Assembly: GCA_029238665.1 (NCBI GenBank)
Contig: JAQWFQ010000014.1
Coordinates: 207,339 to 271,338 of the forward strand
DNA length: 64,000 nucleotides
Source of the DNA: Crocinitomicaceae bacterium
GTDB taxonomy: Bacteria > Bacteroidota > Bacteroidia > Flavobacteriales_D > Crocinitomicaceae
Direction of reading: 5' to 3'
Positions 1 through 10,523 of the stretch are shown here, piece by piece. Position numbers and translations under genes: made by a program. Below the pieces are notes generated by a model. That model was not told where the DNA came from, did not search any database, and saw only the letters and a list, made by a program, of their open reading frames with translations. Numbering within the stretch: position 1 is the stretch's first letter; every line of letters begins with the position of its first letter.

Positions 1-102
1 AATACAATTCGGCATAATGTGAGAAAAATGCCAAATTTTAGTTCCTTCACCTATCTGGCAATCTGCGTCAATTACAGCGGTTTCATGTGCGAAAAATTTC
101 AT
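1..102 (-). CDS. Hexapeptide-repeat (left-handed beta-helix) sugar N-acetyltransferase, 5' fragment only (first 34 codons; remainder lies left of the window)
   Basis: My translation of the reverse strand 102->1 is [34 protein letters not shown]. It resembles N-termini of WbpD/WxcM-type acetyltransferases. The ATG shares one base with the TAA of the upstream gene (TAATG). Confidence 0.5.
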   Translation of the reverse strand, partial: MKFFAHETAVIDADCQIGEGTKIWHFSHIMPNCI

Positions 103-1097
103 TATCGAATAATATATTTATCAAAATTATAGTGCGCTGTTGCCGTCAACTCTTCTTCAGGTAAGCTTTTGAAATAAGCATACGTTCTTTTTAGGCCTTC
201 CATTCTATCAACTTTAGGCTCCCAATTTAACACCGCTTTTGCTTTTGTTATATCAGGTTGGCGTTGTTTAGGGTCATCTACTGGCAAATCTTTATAAATC
301 ACCTTTTGATCTGTGCCTGTTAATTTAATAATTTCTTCTGCAAAATCACCTATTGAAATTTCTGACGGATTGCCAATGTTAACTGGATCTGAACAATTAC
401 TAAGTAATAATCGATAAATTCCTTCTACTAAATCATCCACATAACAGAAAGATCTTGTTTGAGAACCATCCCCGAAAATTGTTAAATCTTCTCCCCTTAG
501 TGCTTGACCAATAAAGGCAGGTAAAACACGCCCATCATTCAGCCGCATACGAGGGCCATATGTGTTAAAAATCCTTACAATTCTAGTTTCTAAACTGTGA
601 AATGTATGGTATGCCATTGTTATCGCTTCTTGAAAGCGTTTTGCTTCATCATAAACACCTCTTGGGCCAACAGGGTTCACATGCCCCCAATAAGATTCGG
701 TTTGCGGATGAACCTCAGGATCTCCGTAAACTTCAGACGTTGATGCTATAAGTAAGCGTGCGCCTTTTGCCTTTGCTAGACCAAGGCAATTATGAATACC
801 TAAAGAGCCTACCTTCAACGTTTGAATTGGTATTTTTAAATAATCAATAGGACTTGCTGGCGAGGCAAAATGAAGGATGTAATCTAACGTTCCAGGTACA
901 TGAATAAATTTTGTTACATCATGATTTCCAAATTCAAAATTATCCAATGGAAAAAGGTGTTCAATATTTTCCAACCGCCCCGTTATGAGGTTATCCATCG
1001 CAATGACATGATAATCTTTTTTCACAAAAAAATCACAAAGATGCGACCCCAAAAAACCAGCTGCACCCGTAATCAATATTCTCTTTCTTGCTGCCAT
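102..1097 (-). CDS. UDP-glucuronate decarboxylase (UDP-xylose synthase), extended SDR family
   Basis: 331 aa. Rossmann motif [10 protein letters not shown] and catalytic YDEAKR (YxxxK). The block [37 protein letters not shown] is typical of UXS enzymes. Confidence 0.85.
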   Translation of the reverse strand: MAARKRILITGAAGFLGSHLCDFFVKKDYHVIAMDNLITGRLENIEHLFPLDNFEFGNHDVTKFIHVPGTLDYILHFASPASPIDYLKIPIQTLKVGSLGIHNCLGLAKAKGARLLIASTSEVYGDPEVHPQTESYWGHVNPVGPRGVYDEAKRFQEAITMAYHTFHSLETRIVRIFNTYGPRMRLNDGRVLPAFIGQALRGEDLTIFGDGSQTRSFCYVDDLVEGIYRLLLSNCSDPVNIGNPSEISIGDFAEEIIKLTGTDQKVIYKDLPVDDPKQRQPDITKAKAVLNWEPKVDRMEGLKRTYAYFKSLPEEELTATAHYNFDKYIIR

Positions 1098-1101
1098 TAT
1101 C

Positions 1102-2427
1102 TTAGTTCTTTACGTATGGAAAAATGGTCTTTCTTCCGATTGAATTATAATAAAACCCTCTATTTTTCATGTCTTCTAAATCGTAAATATTTCTCCCATC
1201 AAAAATTATAGGTGCATTTAAACTGTCTTTTATCCTGTCAAAATCAGGCGCTCTAAATGCGGCCCATTCTGTAGCAATTAATAACGCATCACTATTGGTT
1301 AAGGCATCATATTGATCGTCTACAAATTCAATACGATTTCCAAGACTGCTTTTTACATTTAGCATTGCTTCAGGGTCGTAGGCAATAACCTTAGCCCCTG
1401 CTTCAATTAACGCCTCAATAATATACAAGGCTGAAGCTTCACGAATATCATCTGTATCTGGCTTAAACGCTAAGCCCCACAAAGCAAACTGCAATCCATT
1501 TAAGTCTCCAAAGTAATTTTTTAGCTTATCAACAAGTACTATTTTTTGCTTTTCATTGACATTGAGCACGCTTTGAATAATTTCAAAATTGTAGTCGGCC
1601 TCTAGTCCACTTTTAACTAAAGCACTAACATCTTTCGGGAAGCAACTTCCTCCAAATCCAATGCCCGGGTAAAGAAATTTATGTCCAATTCTAGAATCCG
1701 AACCAATTCCTTTTCTCACCTTATCAACATCTGCACCAACTCGCTCACAAAAGTTAGCAATTTCATTCATAAAGGTGATTTTGGTCGCCAAAAATGAATT
1801 TGCGGCATATTTTGTTAACTCTGCTGATTTCTCATCCATTACAATTAAAGGGTGTCCATCACCAATAAAAGGCTGATAAAGCTCTGTCATTATTTTTACA
1901 GCTCGAGGATCTGAGGTTCCTATCACTACACGATCAGGATTCAAGAAATCATCTACTGCAAATCCCTCACGTAAAAACTCAGGATTAGAAACAACCGCAA
2001 ACTCAACTGTCGCATGCTGTTTAATTGCTGCTTCAACTTTTTCTGCTGTTCCTACAGGAACCGTAGATTTATCTACAATTACTTTATATTCCGACATCAT
2101 CCTACCCAGTTGACCAGCAACATTCAATACAGCGCTTAAGTCTGCTGATCCATCCTCACCTGGAGGGGTTGGTAACGCCAAAAACACAATGTCTGCAAAA
2201 TCAATTGCCTCTTTTAAGTTCGTTGTAAATGAAATTCGTTTTGCTTTAATGTTTCGGTCAAAAACAACGTCTAAATGAGGCTCATAAATAGGAACCTCTC
2301 CGCGTCTCATTTTTTCAACCTTACCTTCATCAATATCGACACAAACAACTTGATTTCCAGTTTCAGCAAAGCATGTACCAGTAACCAACCCTACATAACC
2401 TGTTCCGACTACAGCTACCTTCTTCAT
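1102..2427 (-). CDS. ugd: UDP-glucose 6-dehydrogenase
   Basis: 441 aa. N-terminus [28 protein letters not shown] and catalytic Cys context [10 protein letters not shown]. Confidence 0.9.
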   Translation of the reverse strand: MKKVAVVGTGYVGLVTGTCFAETGNQVVCVDIDEGKVEKMRRGEVPIYEPHLDVVFDRNIKAKRISFTTNLKEAIDFADIVFLALPTPPGEDGSADLSAVLNVAGQLGRMMSEYKVIVDKSTVPVGTAEKVEAAIKQHATVEFAVVSNPEFLREGFAVDDFLNPDRVVIGTSDPRAVKIMTELYQPFIGDGHPLIVMDEKSAELTKYAANSFLATKITFMNEIANFCERVGADVDKVRKGIGSDSRIGHKFLYPGIGFGGSCFPKDVSALVKSGLEADYNFEIIQSVLNVNEKQKIVLVDKLKNYFGDLNGLQFALWGLAFKPDTDDIREASALYIIEALIEAGAKVIAYDPEAMLNVKSSLGNRIEFVDDQYDALTNSDALLIATEWAAFRAPDFDRIKDSLNAPIIFDGRNIYDLEDMKNRGFYYNSIGRKTIFPYVKN

Positions 2428-2429
2428 AA

Positions 2430-3563
2430 CTACACTTGAGCATTAATGAAGTCTGCAATGTTTGAGCAAATGTAATCCAATTGATCTTGCTCCATTTCAG
2501 TGTGAATAGGCAGTGACAATACCTGGCGAGTAAGCATATCAGTAACCGGTAAATCTGTAGTTTCACTTCCAAATTCTGAAAACATTTTTTGTCGATGTGC
2601 TGGAATTGGATAGTAAATCATTGATGGAATTCCATTCGCTGCTAAATGCGCATTCAAAGCATCTCTATCGATACCAATCAATCGCATTGTATATTGGTGA
2701 AACACATGACGTGATTGATCACCTCTAACTGGGGTGATAACACCATCAAATGATGCTAAAAATTGATCATAATGGGCTGCCACTTTTCTTCGAGCTGAAA
2801 TGTAATCATCTAATTTTGCCAATTTTATTTTTAAAACTGCAGCTTGAATACTGTCTAATCTTGAGTTGCATCCAACCGTATCATGATAATAACGCTTACT
2901 TTGACCATGATTTGAAATTTTTCTCATTTGAGCCGCTAGAGCGTCATCGTTTGTGAAAATTGCACCACCATCTCCATAGCATCCTAGATTTTTAGATGGA
3001 AAGAATGAAGTACAACCTATATGACCAATCCCTCCAGTTTTAACATCTCCAGAAGGCATGTGATAATCGCTTCCGATAGCTTGTGCATTATCTTCAATAA
3101 CATGAATACCATGCTTATTAGCAAGCTTCATAATATCTTCCATATTCGCAGCTTGACCATATAAATGAACCGGGACAATTGCCTTCGTCTTTGACGTTAT
3201 AACTGCTTCTATTTTTGATGAATCAATACAAAATGTTTCTTCATCTACATCAACAAAGACAGGGACTAAACCTAACAATGCCACCACTTCAGTAGTTGCA
3301 ATGTACGTGAACGAAGGTGTTATTACTTCATCTCCTGGCTTTAAGCCTAATGCCATCAATGCAATTTGCAAGGCATCTGTACCATTGGCACAGGGTATCA
3401 CATGTTTTACTCCCAAATAAGATTCTAGGTCTTCTTGAAAACCTGAAACCGCAGGTCCATTAATAAACTGAGCAGCCTCTAAAACAGTTGTGATTGCCTG
3501 ATCTACCTCGGGCTTAATGACCTGATACTGCGACACTAAGTCGACCATCTGTATTTTTTTCAT
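2430..3563 (-). CDS. DegT/DnrJ/EryC1/StrS-family sugar aminotransferase (PLP-dependent)
   Basis: 377 aa. Family-typical N-terminus and PLP-lysine context SFFPSKNLG. First gene of a same-strand sugar operon with ugd and uxs. Confidence 0.88.
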   Translation of the reverse strand: MKKIQMVDLVSQYQVIKPEVDQAITTVLEAAQFINGPAVSGFQEDLESYLGVKHVIPCANGTDALQIALMALGLKPGDEVITPSFTYIATTEVVALLGLVPVFVDVDEETFCIDSSKIEAVITSKTKAIVPVHLYGQAANMEDIMKLANKHGIHVIEDNAQAIGSDYHMPSGDVKTGGIGHIGCTSFFPSKNLGCYGDGGAIFTNDDALAAQMRKISNHGQSKRYYHDTVGCNSRLDSIQAAVLKIKLAKLDDYISARRKVAAHYDQFLASFDGVITPVRGDQSRHVFHQYTMRLIGIDRDALNAHLAANGIPSMIYYPIPAHRQKMFSEFGSETTDLPVTDMLTRQVLSLPIHTEMEQDQLDYICSNIADFINAQV

Positions 3564-3766
3564 CGAAAGATGTTATGTTCAATTATTACAAAGAGTATAA
3601 AGATAAAAATTACAAATTAAAACTCCCTTGAAAGGCTTAATTTTTAGTAAAAAGACACTCGAGTCATCAAGATGCAAAAGAATAATTCTAGTACCATAAT
3701 ATTCGTTTTAACATTAATCATCACTAAAAAATGTACCTTAGTGTTTTAAGATAAAAAAACACCATT

Positions 3767-4555
3767 TTGAAATTAAAATTAAACAGCCCCATTTTGAAAT
3801 TCATAGTACTGAATGTCATTTTCATTTTTGTGTTTTCACTCCAAGGAAATGCGCAACGAAACGTTAAAGATTCGATCATTGGAACTCCTTGGATTAGCAT
3901 TGAATACGGATTAAATTGGACCGGTGGAGATCTCGCGAAAAAATACGGTTTAATGAACCAAATTGGAGGATTCGCAGGGTATAAAACCAACAAAAATTGG
4001 ACCTTCGGATTAGAAAGTAATTTCATGTTTGGGAACGACATTCACGTAACGGGTCTATTTGACCACCTACTAGACTCTAAAGGAAACATAACAGATATCA
4101 ATGGAGACATCGCAAAAGTTCGTGTTTTATCTCGTGGTGTGCATGCAAATCTACTCGTAGGAAAAATATTTCCTGTATTCAGCCCCAATCAGAACTCAGG
4201 TATTTACGTAAATGCTGGTATAGGCTTTTTGGCACATAAAATTCGCGTTGAAACACAAGACCAGGTCATTCCATCTCTGGAATTAGATTATAAAAAAGGA
4301 TACGACAGATTATCAACAGGGATTAACACGCATCAATTTATCGGGTATTCATTTATGGCCAATCAAGGGGCGCTAAACTTTTACGCCGGATTCTACGCAC
4401 AGCAAGGTTACACCTACAATCAACGAACAATCTTTTTTGACCAACCCAACACACCGGTATCCGACGAATTAATGATTGATCTTCAATATGGATTTAAAGT
4501 AGGTTGGTTAATTCCTATTTACAAAAGAGTCCCTAAAGCGTATTATTTCAATTAA
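3767..4555 (+). CDS. Exported hypothetical protein (possible outer-membrane protein)
   Basis: 262 aa from TTG 3767. An in-frame TTG at 3794 would give MKFIVLNVIFIFVFSLQGNAQ, also a good signal peptide. Gly- and aromatic-rich, no family recognised. The stop overlaps the waaA start (TAATG). Confidence 0.55.
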   Translation: MKLKLNSPILKFIVLNVIFIFVFSLQGNAQRNVKDSIIGTPWISIEYGLNWTGGDLAKKYGLMNQIGGFAGYKTNKNWTFGLESNFMFGNDIHVTGLFDHLLDSKGNITDINGDIAKVRVLSRGVHANLLVGKIFPVFSPNQNSGIYVNAGIGFLAHKIRVETQDQVIPSLELDYKKGYDRLSTGINTHQFIGYSFMANQGALNFYAGFYAQQGYTYNQRTIFFDQPNTPVSDELMIDLQYGFKVGWLIPIYKRVPKAYYFN

Positions 4556-5772
4556 TGCATTTGCTGTATAACATAAGCATTTGGGTCTTTGGATTCAGCA
4601 TGAGAATCCTCTCCCTCGTTAACCCCAAAGCAAAAAAATGGGTTGCTGGCAGATCAAAAATATTTGGTCAACTTCCCGAACTTGAAAAACGCGATGTCAT
4701 TTGGTTTCACTGTGCATCCTTAGGGGAATTTGACCAAGGGCTCCCCTTAATGGAACTCATTAAATCAAATAACCCGAACTGCTTTCTTTTAGTTACGTTT
4801 TTCTCCCCGTCTGGAATGGATCATTACTATAAACGACAACATTGTGCAGACCATGTAATGTACCTTCCATTAGACACCCCATCAAACGCGGCCAAATTTA
4901 TAGCACACTTCAATCCAACTCAAGCATTTTTTGTCAAGTATGAGTTTTGGTCAAATTTCATTTATACAGCAAGAAAGAACAACACATCCATATACAACAT
5001 AAGTGGTCTATTTAGAGATGACCATCGTTTTTTCAAATGGTACGGTAATTTTTTCAGACATACCCTAACTAAATTTGACTGGTTCTTTGTTCAAAATCAA
5101 CATTCAAAAGAATTATTAGCATCCATTGGCATTCAAAACGTATCCGTTACTGGTGACAGTAGATTTGATAAAGTTATTGACAACAAAAAAAATGCAACAA
5201 AAGATTCAATTATAGAAACATTTTGCGCAGGTCAAAAACCACTAATAATTGGAAGTTCTTGGCCTGAAGATGAAAAGCACATTTTAAACGCCATAGCTAA
5301 TTCTTCAAAAAAAATAATCATTGCGCCTCACAACGTGGATGAGCGTCACATCTCAGGAATTATAGCACAGTTAACAGTAAGGTATTCACGCTACACAAAG
5401 GCAAACGATAACCACGCCTTAGAACAATCAACAATCCTAATACTAGATACAATCGGACAGTTATCAAACGCCTACTTCTACGGTTCTATAGCCTATGTCG
5501 GAGGTGGTTTTTCTGGATCCTTACACAACATCTTAGAACCTGCTGTATTTGGACTCCCTGTTATCTTTGGACCAAAACACAAACGATTTCCAGAAGGACA
5601 AGCTTTTATAAACCATGGATTTGGATTCAGCATAAATTCACCGCAAGAAATTTGTGAAGCGCTAGAAACTATTGAAGAAAATTACACCGCTATTCAAAAA
5701 AAAGAATTCGAGTTTATTGCTATAAATGCTGGTGCATCCTTAAAAATCTACACGAAAATTTTCTCTGTCTAA
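4555..5772 (+). CDS. waaA: 3-deoxy-D-manno-octulosonic acid (Kdo) transferase
   Basis: 405 aa. FHCASLGEFDQGLPL motif and overall GT30 Kdo-transferase architecture. Confidence 0.88.
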   Translation: MHLLYNISIWVFGFSMRILSLVNPKAKKWVAGRSKIFGQLPELEKRDVIWFHCASLGEFDQGLPLMELIKSNNPNCFLLVTFFSPSGMDHYYKRQHCADHVMYLPLDTPSNAAKFIAHFNPTQAFFVKYEFWSNFIYTARKNNTSIYNISGLFRDDHRFFKWYGNFFRHTLTKFDWFFVQNQHSKELLASIGIQNVSVTGDSRFDKVIDNKKNATKDSIIETFCAGQKPLIIGSSWPEDEKHILNAIANSSKKIIIAPHNVDERHISGIIAQLTVRYSRYTKANDNHALEQSTILILDTIGQLSNAYFYGSIAYVGGGFSGSLHNILEPAVFGLPVIFGPKHKRFPEGQAFINHGFGFSINSPQEICEALETIEENYTAIQKKEFEFIAINAGASLKIYTKIFSV

Positions 5773-5850
5773 CCATCCGAACCACACCAGCTTCAAGTAA
5801 AAAAATAAATTCGATATTCAAAACATAGCCCTAACATTAAATAATGTTAT

Positions 5851-5858
5851 TAATTTTG
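5851..5858 (+). promoter_or_regulatory. Bacteroidota -7 promoter box (TAnnTTTG) for the peroxiredoxin gene
   Basis: TAATTTTG, with 30 nt before ATG 5889. Confidence 0.45.
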
Positions 5859-5888
5859 ACTGAAAATTATTAAAACAACAAGAATATA

Positions 5889-6521
5889 ATGGGAGTATTA
5901 GTAGGAAAGAAAGCGCCATCATTTAAGGCAGCTGCAGTAGTAAACGGAGGGGAAATTGTTCAAGATTTTTCTTTAGATCAATTCATTGGAAAAAACCATG
6001 TGTTATTTTTCTTTTACCCAAAAGATTTCACTTTCGTGTGCCCTTCTGAATTACACGCATTTCAAGCAAAACTAGCTGAATTTGAAGCTCGAGGAGTTAA
6101 GGTTGTAGCAGCATCAACAGATACTGAAGAGTCTCACTGGGGGTGGTTACAGGTTCCTAAAGAAAAAGGTGGAATTCAAGGTGTAACATACCCAATCGTA
6201 GCAGATACATCTAAAACAATTTCCGACGCATTTGGAGTTTTAGCTGGAGATTACGATTATGACATGGAGGGTAAAATGGTTGCAAATGGGCCTATGATTG
6301 CCTACAGAGGTTTATTCCTTATTGATAAAGAAGGAACTGTTATGCATGAATTAATTAACATGTTCCCATTAGGAAGAAATGTTGATGAAGCATTAAGAAT
6401 GGTTGATGCCCTACAATTTTTTGAAGAAAATGGTGAGGTTTGCCCAGCGAACTGGCACAAAGGAGATGACGGCATGACTGCATCTTTTGACGGTGTTGCT
6501 GACTACCTAGGTAAGCACTAA
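5889..6521 (+). CDS. Typical 2-Cys peroxiredoxin (AhpC/Tsa family)
   Basis: 210 aa. Peroxidatic Cys in FTFVCPSE and resolving Cys in EVCPANW. Confidence 0.9.
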   Translation: MGVLVGKKAPSFKAAAVVNGGEIVQDFSLDQFIGKNHVLFFFYPKDFTFVCPSELHAFQAKLAEFEARGVKVVAASTDTEESHWGWLQVPKEKGGIQGVTYPIVADTSKTISDAFGVLAGDYDYDMEGKMVANGPMIAYRGLFLIDKEGTVMHELINMFPLGRNVDEALRMVDALQFFEENGEVCPANWHKGDDGMTASFDGVADYLGKH

Positions 6522-6539
6522 ATAAAACGTTAAACTTAG

Positions 6540-6568
6540 AGCCGCTCAATAATTGAGCGGCTTTTTTT
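6540..6568 (+). terminator. Rho-independent terminator after the peroxiredoxin gene
   Basis: Perfect 10-bp stem AGCCGCTCAA/TTGAGCGGCT with a 3-nt loop, followed by a T-run. Confidence 0.85.
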
Positions 6569-6645
6569 GTACATAAAAAAGCCATAACAACGAAAATATA
6601 GAAGAAATTGATAACGTTTGAATCCTAAGTTCTATCTTCGCTTTA

Positions 6646-7665
6646 ATGTATTCTGATGAATTCTTTATGGAGCGATGTATTCAACTTGCCAAACTGGGCA
6701 AAGGAAAAGTTGCACCCAACCCCTTGGTCGGTTCTATTATCGTTCATCAGGGCAAAATCATCGGTGAAGGATACCATGAGAAATATGGATTTGCTCATGC
6801 TGAAGTAAACGCTATAAATAGTGTAAAAGACCCTTCGCTACTAAAAGAGTCTACCATCTATGTTTCATTGGAACCTTGTGCACACTATGGAAAAACCCCA
6901 CCTTGTGCACTACGACTAACTCAAATTAAAATTAAACGGGTTGTTATAGGTAGCTTTGATTCATTTGCTGAGGTAAATGGAAAAGGGATTCAAATGCTTC
7001 GTGAAAAAGGGATTGAGGTCAAACTTGGAGTTCATGAAGAAGCTTGTCGCGCATTAAACAAACACTTTTTCACCTTTAATGAAAACTCCCGACCATATAT
7101 TTTATTAAAATGGGCGCAATCACCAGATGGTTTTATAGATAAAGAAGGGAAGCAGCACTGGATTTCCTCCCCAGAAACTCAAGCGGTAGTTCATAAACTG
7201 AGAAGTGAATATCAAGGAATACTTGTTGGGCGTAAAACAGCTCAAAATGACAACCCATCGCTAACTGTTCGCGCATACAAAGGAACGAACCCTATTCGGA
7301 TCGTTATTGATTCACAACTGAAACTAAACCCTTCATTACTCCTGTTTAACGATGAGGCACAAACAATTATTTTAAATAAAAAAACACACTCTATTTCAGG
7401 AAATTTAAGCTGGATAAAACTTCCTGAAATTAACCCTGAAACAATTGTTGAAACGCTATACAAACTAGGAATTCAATCTGTAATAATAGAGGGCGGGGGA
7501 ACAACACTTCAATCATTCATTGATTCGGGTCTCTGGGATGAAGCAATGGTCATTCAAGGTAATAACCCGCTAATAAACGGAACAAAAGGCCCTAGAATAA
7601 ATAAACAACCAAACCAACAGGCTGATTTTTTTGGTGATCTTATCTCAACTTATTACAACGTATGA
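6646..7665 (+). CDS. ribD: Bifunctional riboflavin biosynthesis protein RibD (pyrimidine deaminase / uracil reductase)
   Basis: 339 aa. Deaminase zinc motifs HAEVNAI and PCAHYGKTPPC, followed by a RibD C-terminal reductase domain. Confidence 0.9.
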   Translation: MYSDEFFMERCIQLAKLGKGKVAPNPLVGSIIVHQGKIIGEGYHEKYGFAHAEVNAINSVKDPSLLKESTIYVSLEPCAHYGKTPPCALRLTQIKIKRVVIGSFDSFAEVNGKGIQMLREKGIEVKLGVHEEACRALNKHFFTFNENSRPYILLKWAQSPDGFIDKEGKQHWISSPETQAVVHKLRSEYQGILVGRKTAQNDNPSLTVRAYKGTNPIRIVIDSQLKLNPSLLLFNDEAQTIILNKKTHSISGNLSWIKLPEINPETIVETLYKLGIQSVIIEGGGTTLQSFIDSGLWDEAMVIQGNNPLINGTKGPRINKQPNQQADFFGDLISTYYNV

Positions 7666-8528
7666 TTCCATTAATATTTTCCATATTCAGTTCAACGATC
7701 ATATTCGTTATTTTTAAATTGTTTAAACGGTTTAAGATTGATACATTTCAAGCAATCGTATTTAATTACTTCACTGCTGCAATCATTGGTTTTAGTTTGT
7801 ATAGTACAACGTGGAAGTTAAACTCGCTAGAAAACCCGCAGTGGATTCCTTTTGCACTACTCTGCGCATCACTCTTCATCGGATTGTTTTTTATGATGGG
7901 AAAAAGTGCACAAATTAATGGCGTAGCCTCCACTTCAATTGCTGTAAAAATGAGTATGGCCGTGTCTCTAATTCTCATGGTTTTTTGGTACTCTGAACAC
8001 GTATCTATTCTTAAAACTGTTGGTATTTCATTGGCGTTTACTGGTGTATTGTTAGTTTCGCTTTCTAAGCGAAAATTAAAATCTAAAGCCACTACTGCAT
8101 GGATGTTGTTACTCTTATTTGTTGGAAGTGGCGTGCTTGACTTCACCTTAAATTTTGTTCAAAAAAATGTGCTTGGACCAATAACCCCTTCCCTTTTTAC
8201 CGCAATAACACTCGGACTAGCAGGTGTCATTGGAAGCATCATACTGATACTAACAATCCGCAAAAATAAAACACGTATTAAGCTTAAAAATATTATCGCT
8301 GGGGTTATTTTAGGCGTTCCTAATTACTTCGCCATATATTTATTACTCCTATCTTATCGTACAACTGGATGGAATGCCTCAACGGTACTTGCAATCACAA
8401 ATGTCTCTGTAGTTCTTTGTTCTGCGATTATTGGATTCACCCTATTTAAAGAAACAAAAACACGCACAAGACTAATCGGCTTACTGGCTGCAATTTCAGC
8501 AATCATTATCTTGTATTTTGAACACTAA
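7662..8528 (+). CDS. Multi-pass inner-membrane protein, DMT/EamA-like (tentative)
   Basis: 288 aa and almost entirely hydrophobic helices. ATGA overlap with the ribD stop. The family call is tentative. Confidence 0.5.
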   Translation: MIPLIFSIFSSTIIFVIFKLFKRFKIDTFQAIVFNYFTAAIIGFSLYSTTWKLNSLENPQWIPFALLCASLFIGLFFMMGKSAQINGVASTSIAVKMSMAVSLILMVFWYSEHVSILKTVGISLAFTGVLLVSLSKRKLKSKATTAWMLLLLFVGSGVLDFTLNFVQKNVLGPITPSLFTAITLGLAGVIGSIILILTIRKNKTRIKLKNIIAGVILGVPNYFAIYLLLLSYRTTGWNASTVLAITNVSVVLCSAIIGFTLFKETKTRTRLIGLLAAISAIIILYFEH

Positions 8529-8540
8529 ACATTTTAAATC

Positions 8541-9395
8541 ATGATTATTCACCCGCTCAATACTGGAAACTTTAAACTCGACGGAGGCGCTATGTTTGGC
8601 GTTGTACCTAAATCTTTATGGGAAAGAACCAATCCAGCAGACTCAAAAAACATGTGCGACTGGTCAATGAGGTCACTTTTAATTGAAGATGGAGATCGTT
8701 TAATCTTAATTGACACAGGAATTGGAGACAAGCAGTCAGAAAAGTTCTTTTCACATTACTACTTATCTGATGAAAATAGCTTAGAACCAAACTTAAACAA
8801 ACTGGGGTTTTCAGTAGACGATATAACCGATGTATTTTTAACCCACCTGCATTTTGACCATTGCGGAGGAGCTATAAAATGGAATAAAAATAGAACTGGA
8901 TTTGAGCCCGTATTTAAAAATGCTATTTATTGGAGCACTGAAAAACATTGGAAATGGGCAACAGAACCTAATTCTAGAGAAAAAGCATCATTTTTATCTG
9001 AAAACATTCTCCCTCTACAAGAAAGTGGGCAATTAAAATTTGTCGATCGTCAAGGGGATTTCACAAAAAATGTATTCAATAATTTTGATATCCTTTTTGT
9101 TGATGGGCATACAGAAAGCATGATGATTCCTCACATCCATTACAAAGAGCAGACCTTGGTTTTTATGGCTGATTTATTGCCTAGTGTTGGACACTTACCT
9201 ATCCCATATGTTATGGGGTATGATACACGCCCTTTGATTACACTTTCTGAAAAAGAACGTTTTCTGAAAAAAGCGGAAGAAAACAACTACATCTTATTTC
9301 TTGAACACGATTATTCAAATGAGTGTTGTACATTACAGAACACCGAAAAAGGAATTCGACTTAAAGATACATTTAACTTTTCTCAGTTATTTTAA
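8541..9395 (+). CDS. MBL-fold metallo-hydrolase
   Basis: 284 aa. HLHFDHCGG (HxHxDH) motif. Confidence 0.85.
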   Translation: MIIHPLNTGNFKLDGGAMFGVVPKSLWERTNPADSKNMCDWSMRSLLIEDGDRLILIDTGIGDKQSEKFFSHYYLSDENSLEPNLNKLGFSVDDITDVFLTHLHFDHCGGAIKWNKNRTGFEPVFKNAIYWSTEKHWKWATEPNSREKASFLSENILPLQESGQLKFVDRQGDFTKNVFNNFDILFVDGHTESMMIPHIHYKEQTLVFMADLLPSVGHLPIPYVMGYDTRPLITLSEKERFLKKAEENNYILFLEHDYSNECCTLQNTEKGIRLKDTFNFSQLF

Positions 9396-9419
9396 CCCAC
9401 TACAATTAAACTTTTTACC

Positions 9420-10472
9420 ATGGATAAATACCTATTAGAAATCCTTAAAGAAGTAAACACCATTATCATTCCTGGGCTTGGTGCACTTACAATTATCAAT
9501 GCTGATAAAGGCGAAATCATGTTCATGTCTTACCTAAAACATGATGATGGTAAATTAACTTCCTACATTTCTAAAAACGAAGGTATTGATGAGAACGAAG
9601 CAATGAATTTAGTTGCAAAATACGTTCGTGAAATTCAAATAGAGCTAAATAAAGGGGAATCGTATGACATGTATCAGTTTGGATCGTTCTATAAAAATCA
9701 TGATGAAATTGATTTTAAAAGTTGGGCCCAAATGCATGAATCTACTCAAGAGGAACCAAAAAATCAGCCAGAACAAAACGAAACCACAACCAAAAAACAA
9801 CCCGAAGAAAATATTTATGTGGCGACAAAAAAGGAAGACAAAGGCTTAACTATTCTTGAAAAAGAAGAGCGAAAAGCAACTGAAGCTAAATTGGATCAAT
9901 TACGTAACGAGCAAACCAAAAAGAGCGCGCAAAAAAAACGTAGTGTTGGCTTCTATATATTACTCCTATTCGTTGCCCTTATTCTTGGAGGAGGTACATT
10001 TTGGGGAGTGAATTACACTAAACATGAGACAAAAGAATCACATTTAATAAGCACTGAAAATTCGCCTAAAAAAACCACCACCCATTCTGAGAAATCAGAA
10101 GAAGTGTTACCTGATGTAATCTCAGAAGTAGATGCTGGCAACAATAATGATTCAGTAGAGGGGTCTATAGACATTTCCGTGGAATCAACTCAAGACTCAG
10201 AAATTGAACCCGCTCAAGAAGAACCACTAGCACAATCTGTAAATACAGAGACGGATTTTCGTTTTCACATAATTACAGGTGCATTTTCATCTGAAAGTAA
10301 CGCTAACCGCTTAGGCGACAAGCTAAGAGACGAAGGGTATACAGTTACAATTGGAGAAGGTAGGGGAATGACATTGGTCAGTATCCAGTCATTTCAAACA
10401 AAAGCTGAAGCAAAAGCTAGACTCATTGAGCTAAAAGAGGTTACACCTAATGGTTGGGTTTACAAGTGGTAG
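9420..10472 (+). CDS. HU-like N-terminal module fused to a TM helix and a C-terminal SPOR (peptidoglycan-binding) domain
   Basis: 350 aa. N-terminus LLEILKEVNTIIIPGLGAL, a charged low-complexity linker, TM FYILLLFVALILGGGTFWGV, and C-terminal FRFHIITGAFSSESNANRLGDKLRDEGY, which is typical of SPOR. Confidence 0.75.
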   Translation: MDKYLLEILKEVNTIIIPGLGALTIINADKGEIMFMSYLKHDDGKLTSYISKNEGIDENEAMNLVAKYVREIQIELNKGESYDMYQFGSFYKNHDEIDFKSWAQMHESTQEEPKNQPEQNETTTKKQPEENIYVATKKEDKGLTILEKEERKATEAKLDQLRNEQTKKSAQKKRSVGFYILLLFVALILGGGTFWGVNYTKHETKESHLISTENSPKKTTTHSEKSEEVLPDVISEVDAGNNNDSVEGSIDISVESTQDSEIEPAQEEPLAQSVNTETDFRFHIITGAFSSESNANRLGDKLRDEGYTVTIGEGRGMTLVSIQSFQTKAEAKARLIELKEVTPNGWVYKW

Positions 10473-10523
10473 ATTGTCCAAAAAAATGTGCATGCTTCAA
10501 GGTTAGTAACACCCCGATTGAAG

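Noticed and set aside
6569-6645. FMN riboswitch upstream of ribD.
   Set aside because: The segment after the peroxiredoxin terminator is only about 75 nt, is AT-rich, and lacks the conserved G/C-rich FMN aptamer stems.
10473-10523. A possible bidirectional terminator between the convergent SPOR-domain gene and gap (inverted repeat CTTCAA...TTGAAG).
   Set aside because: The stem is only 6 bp with a 17-nt loop and no flanking T/A runs. That is too weak to call.
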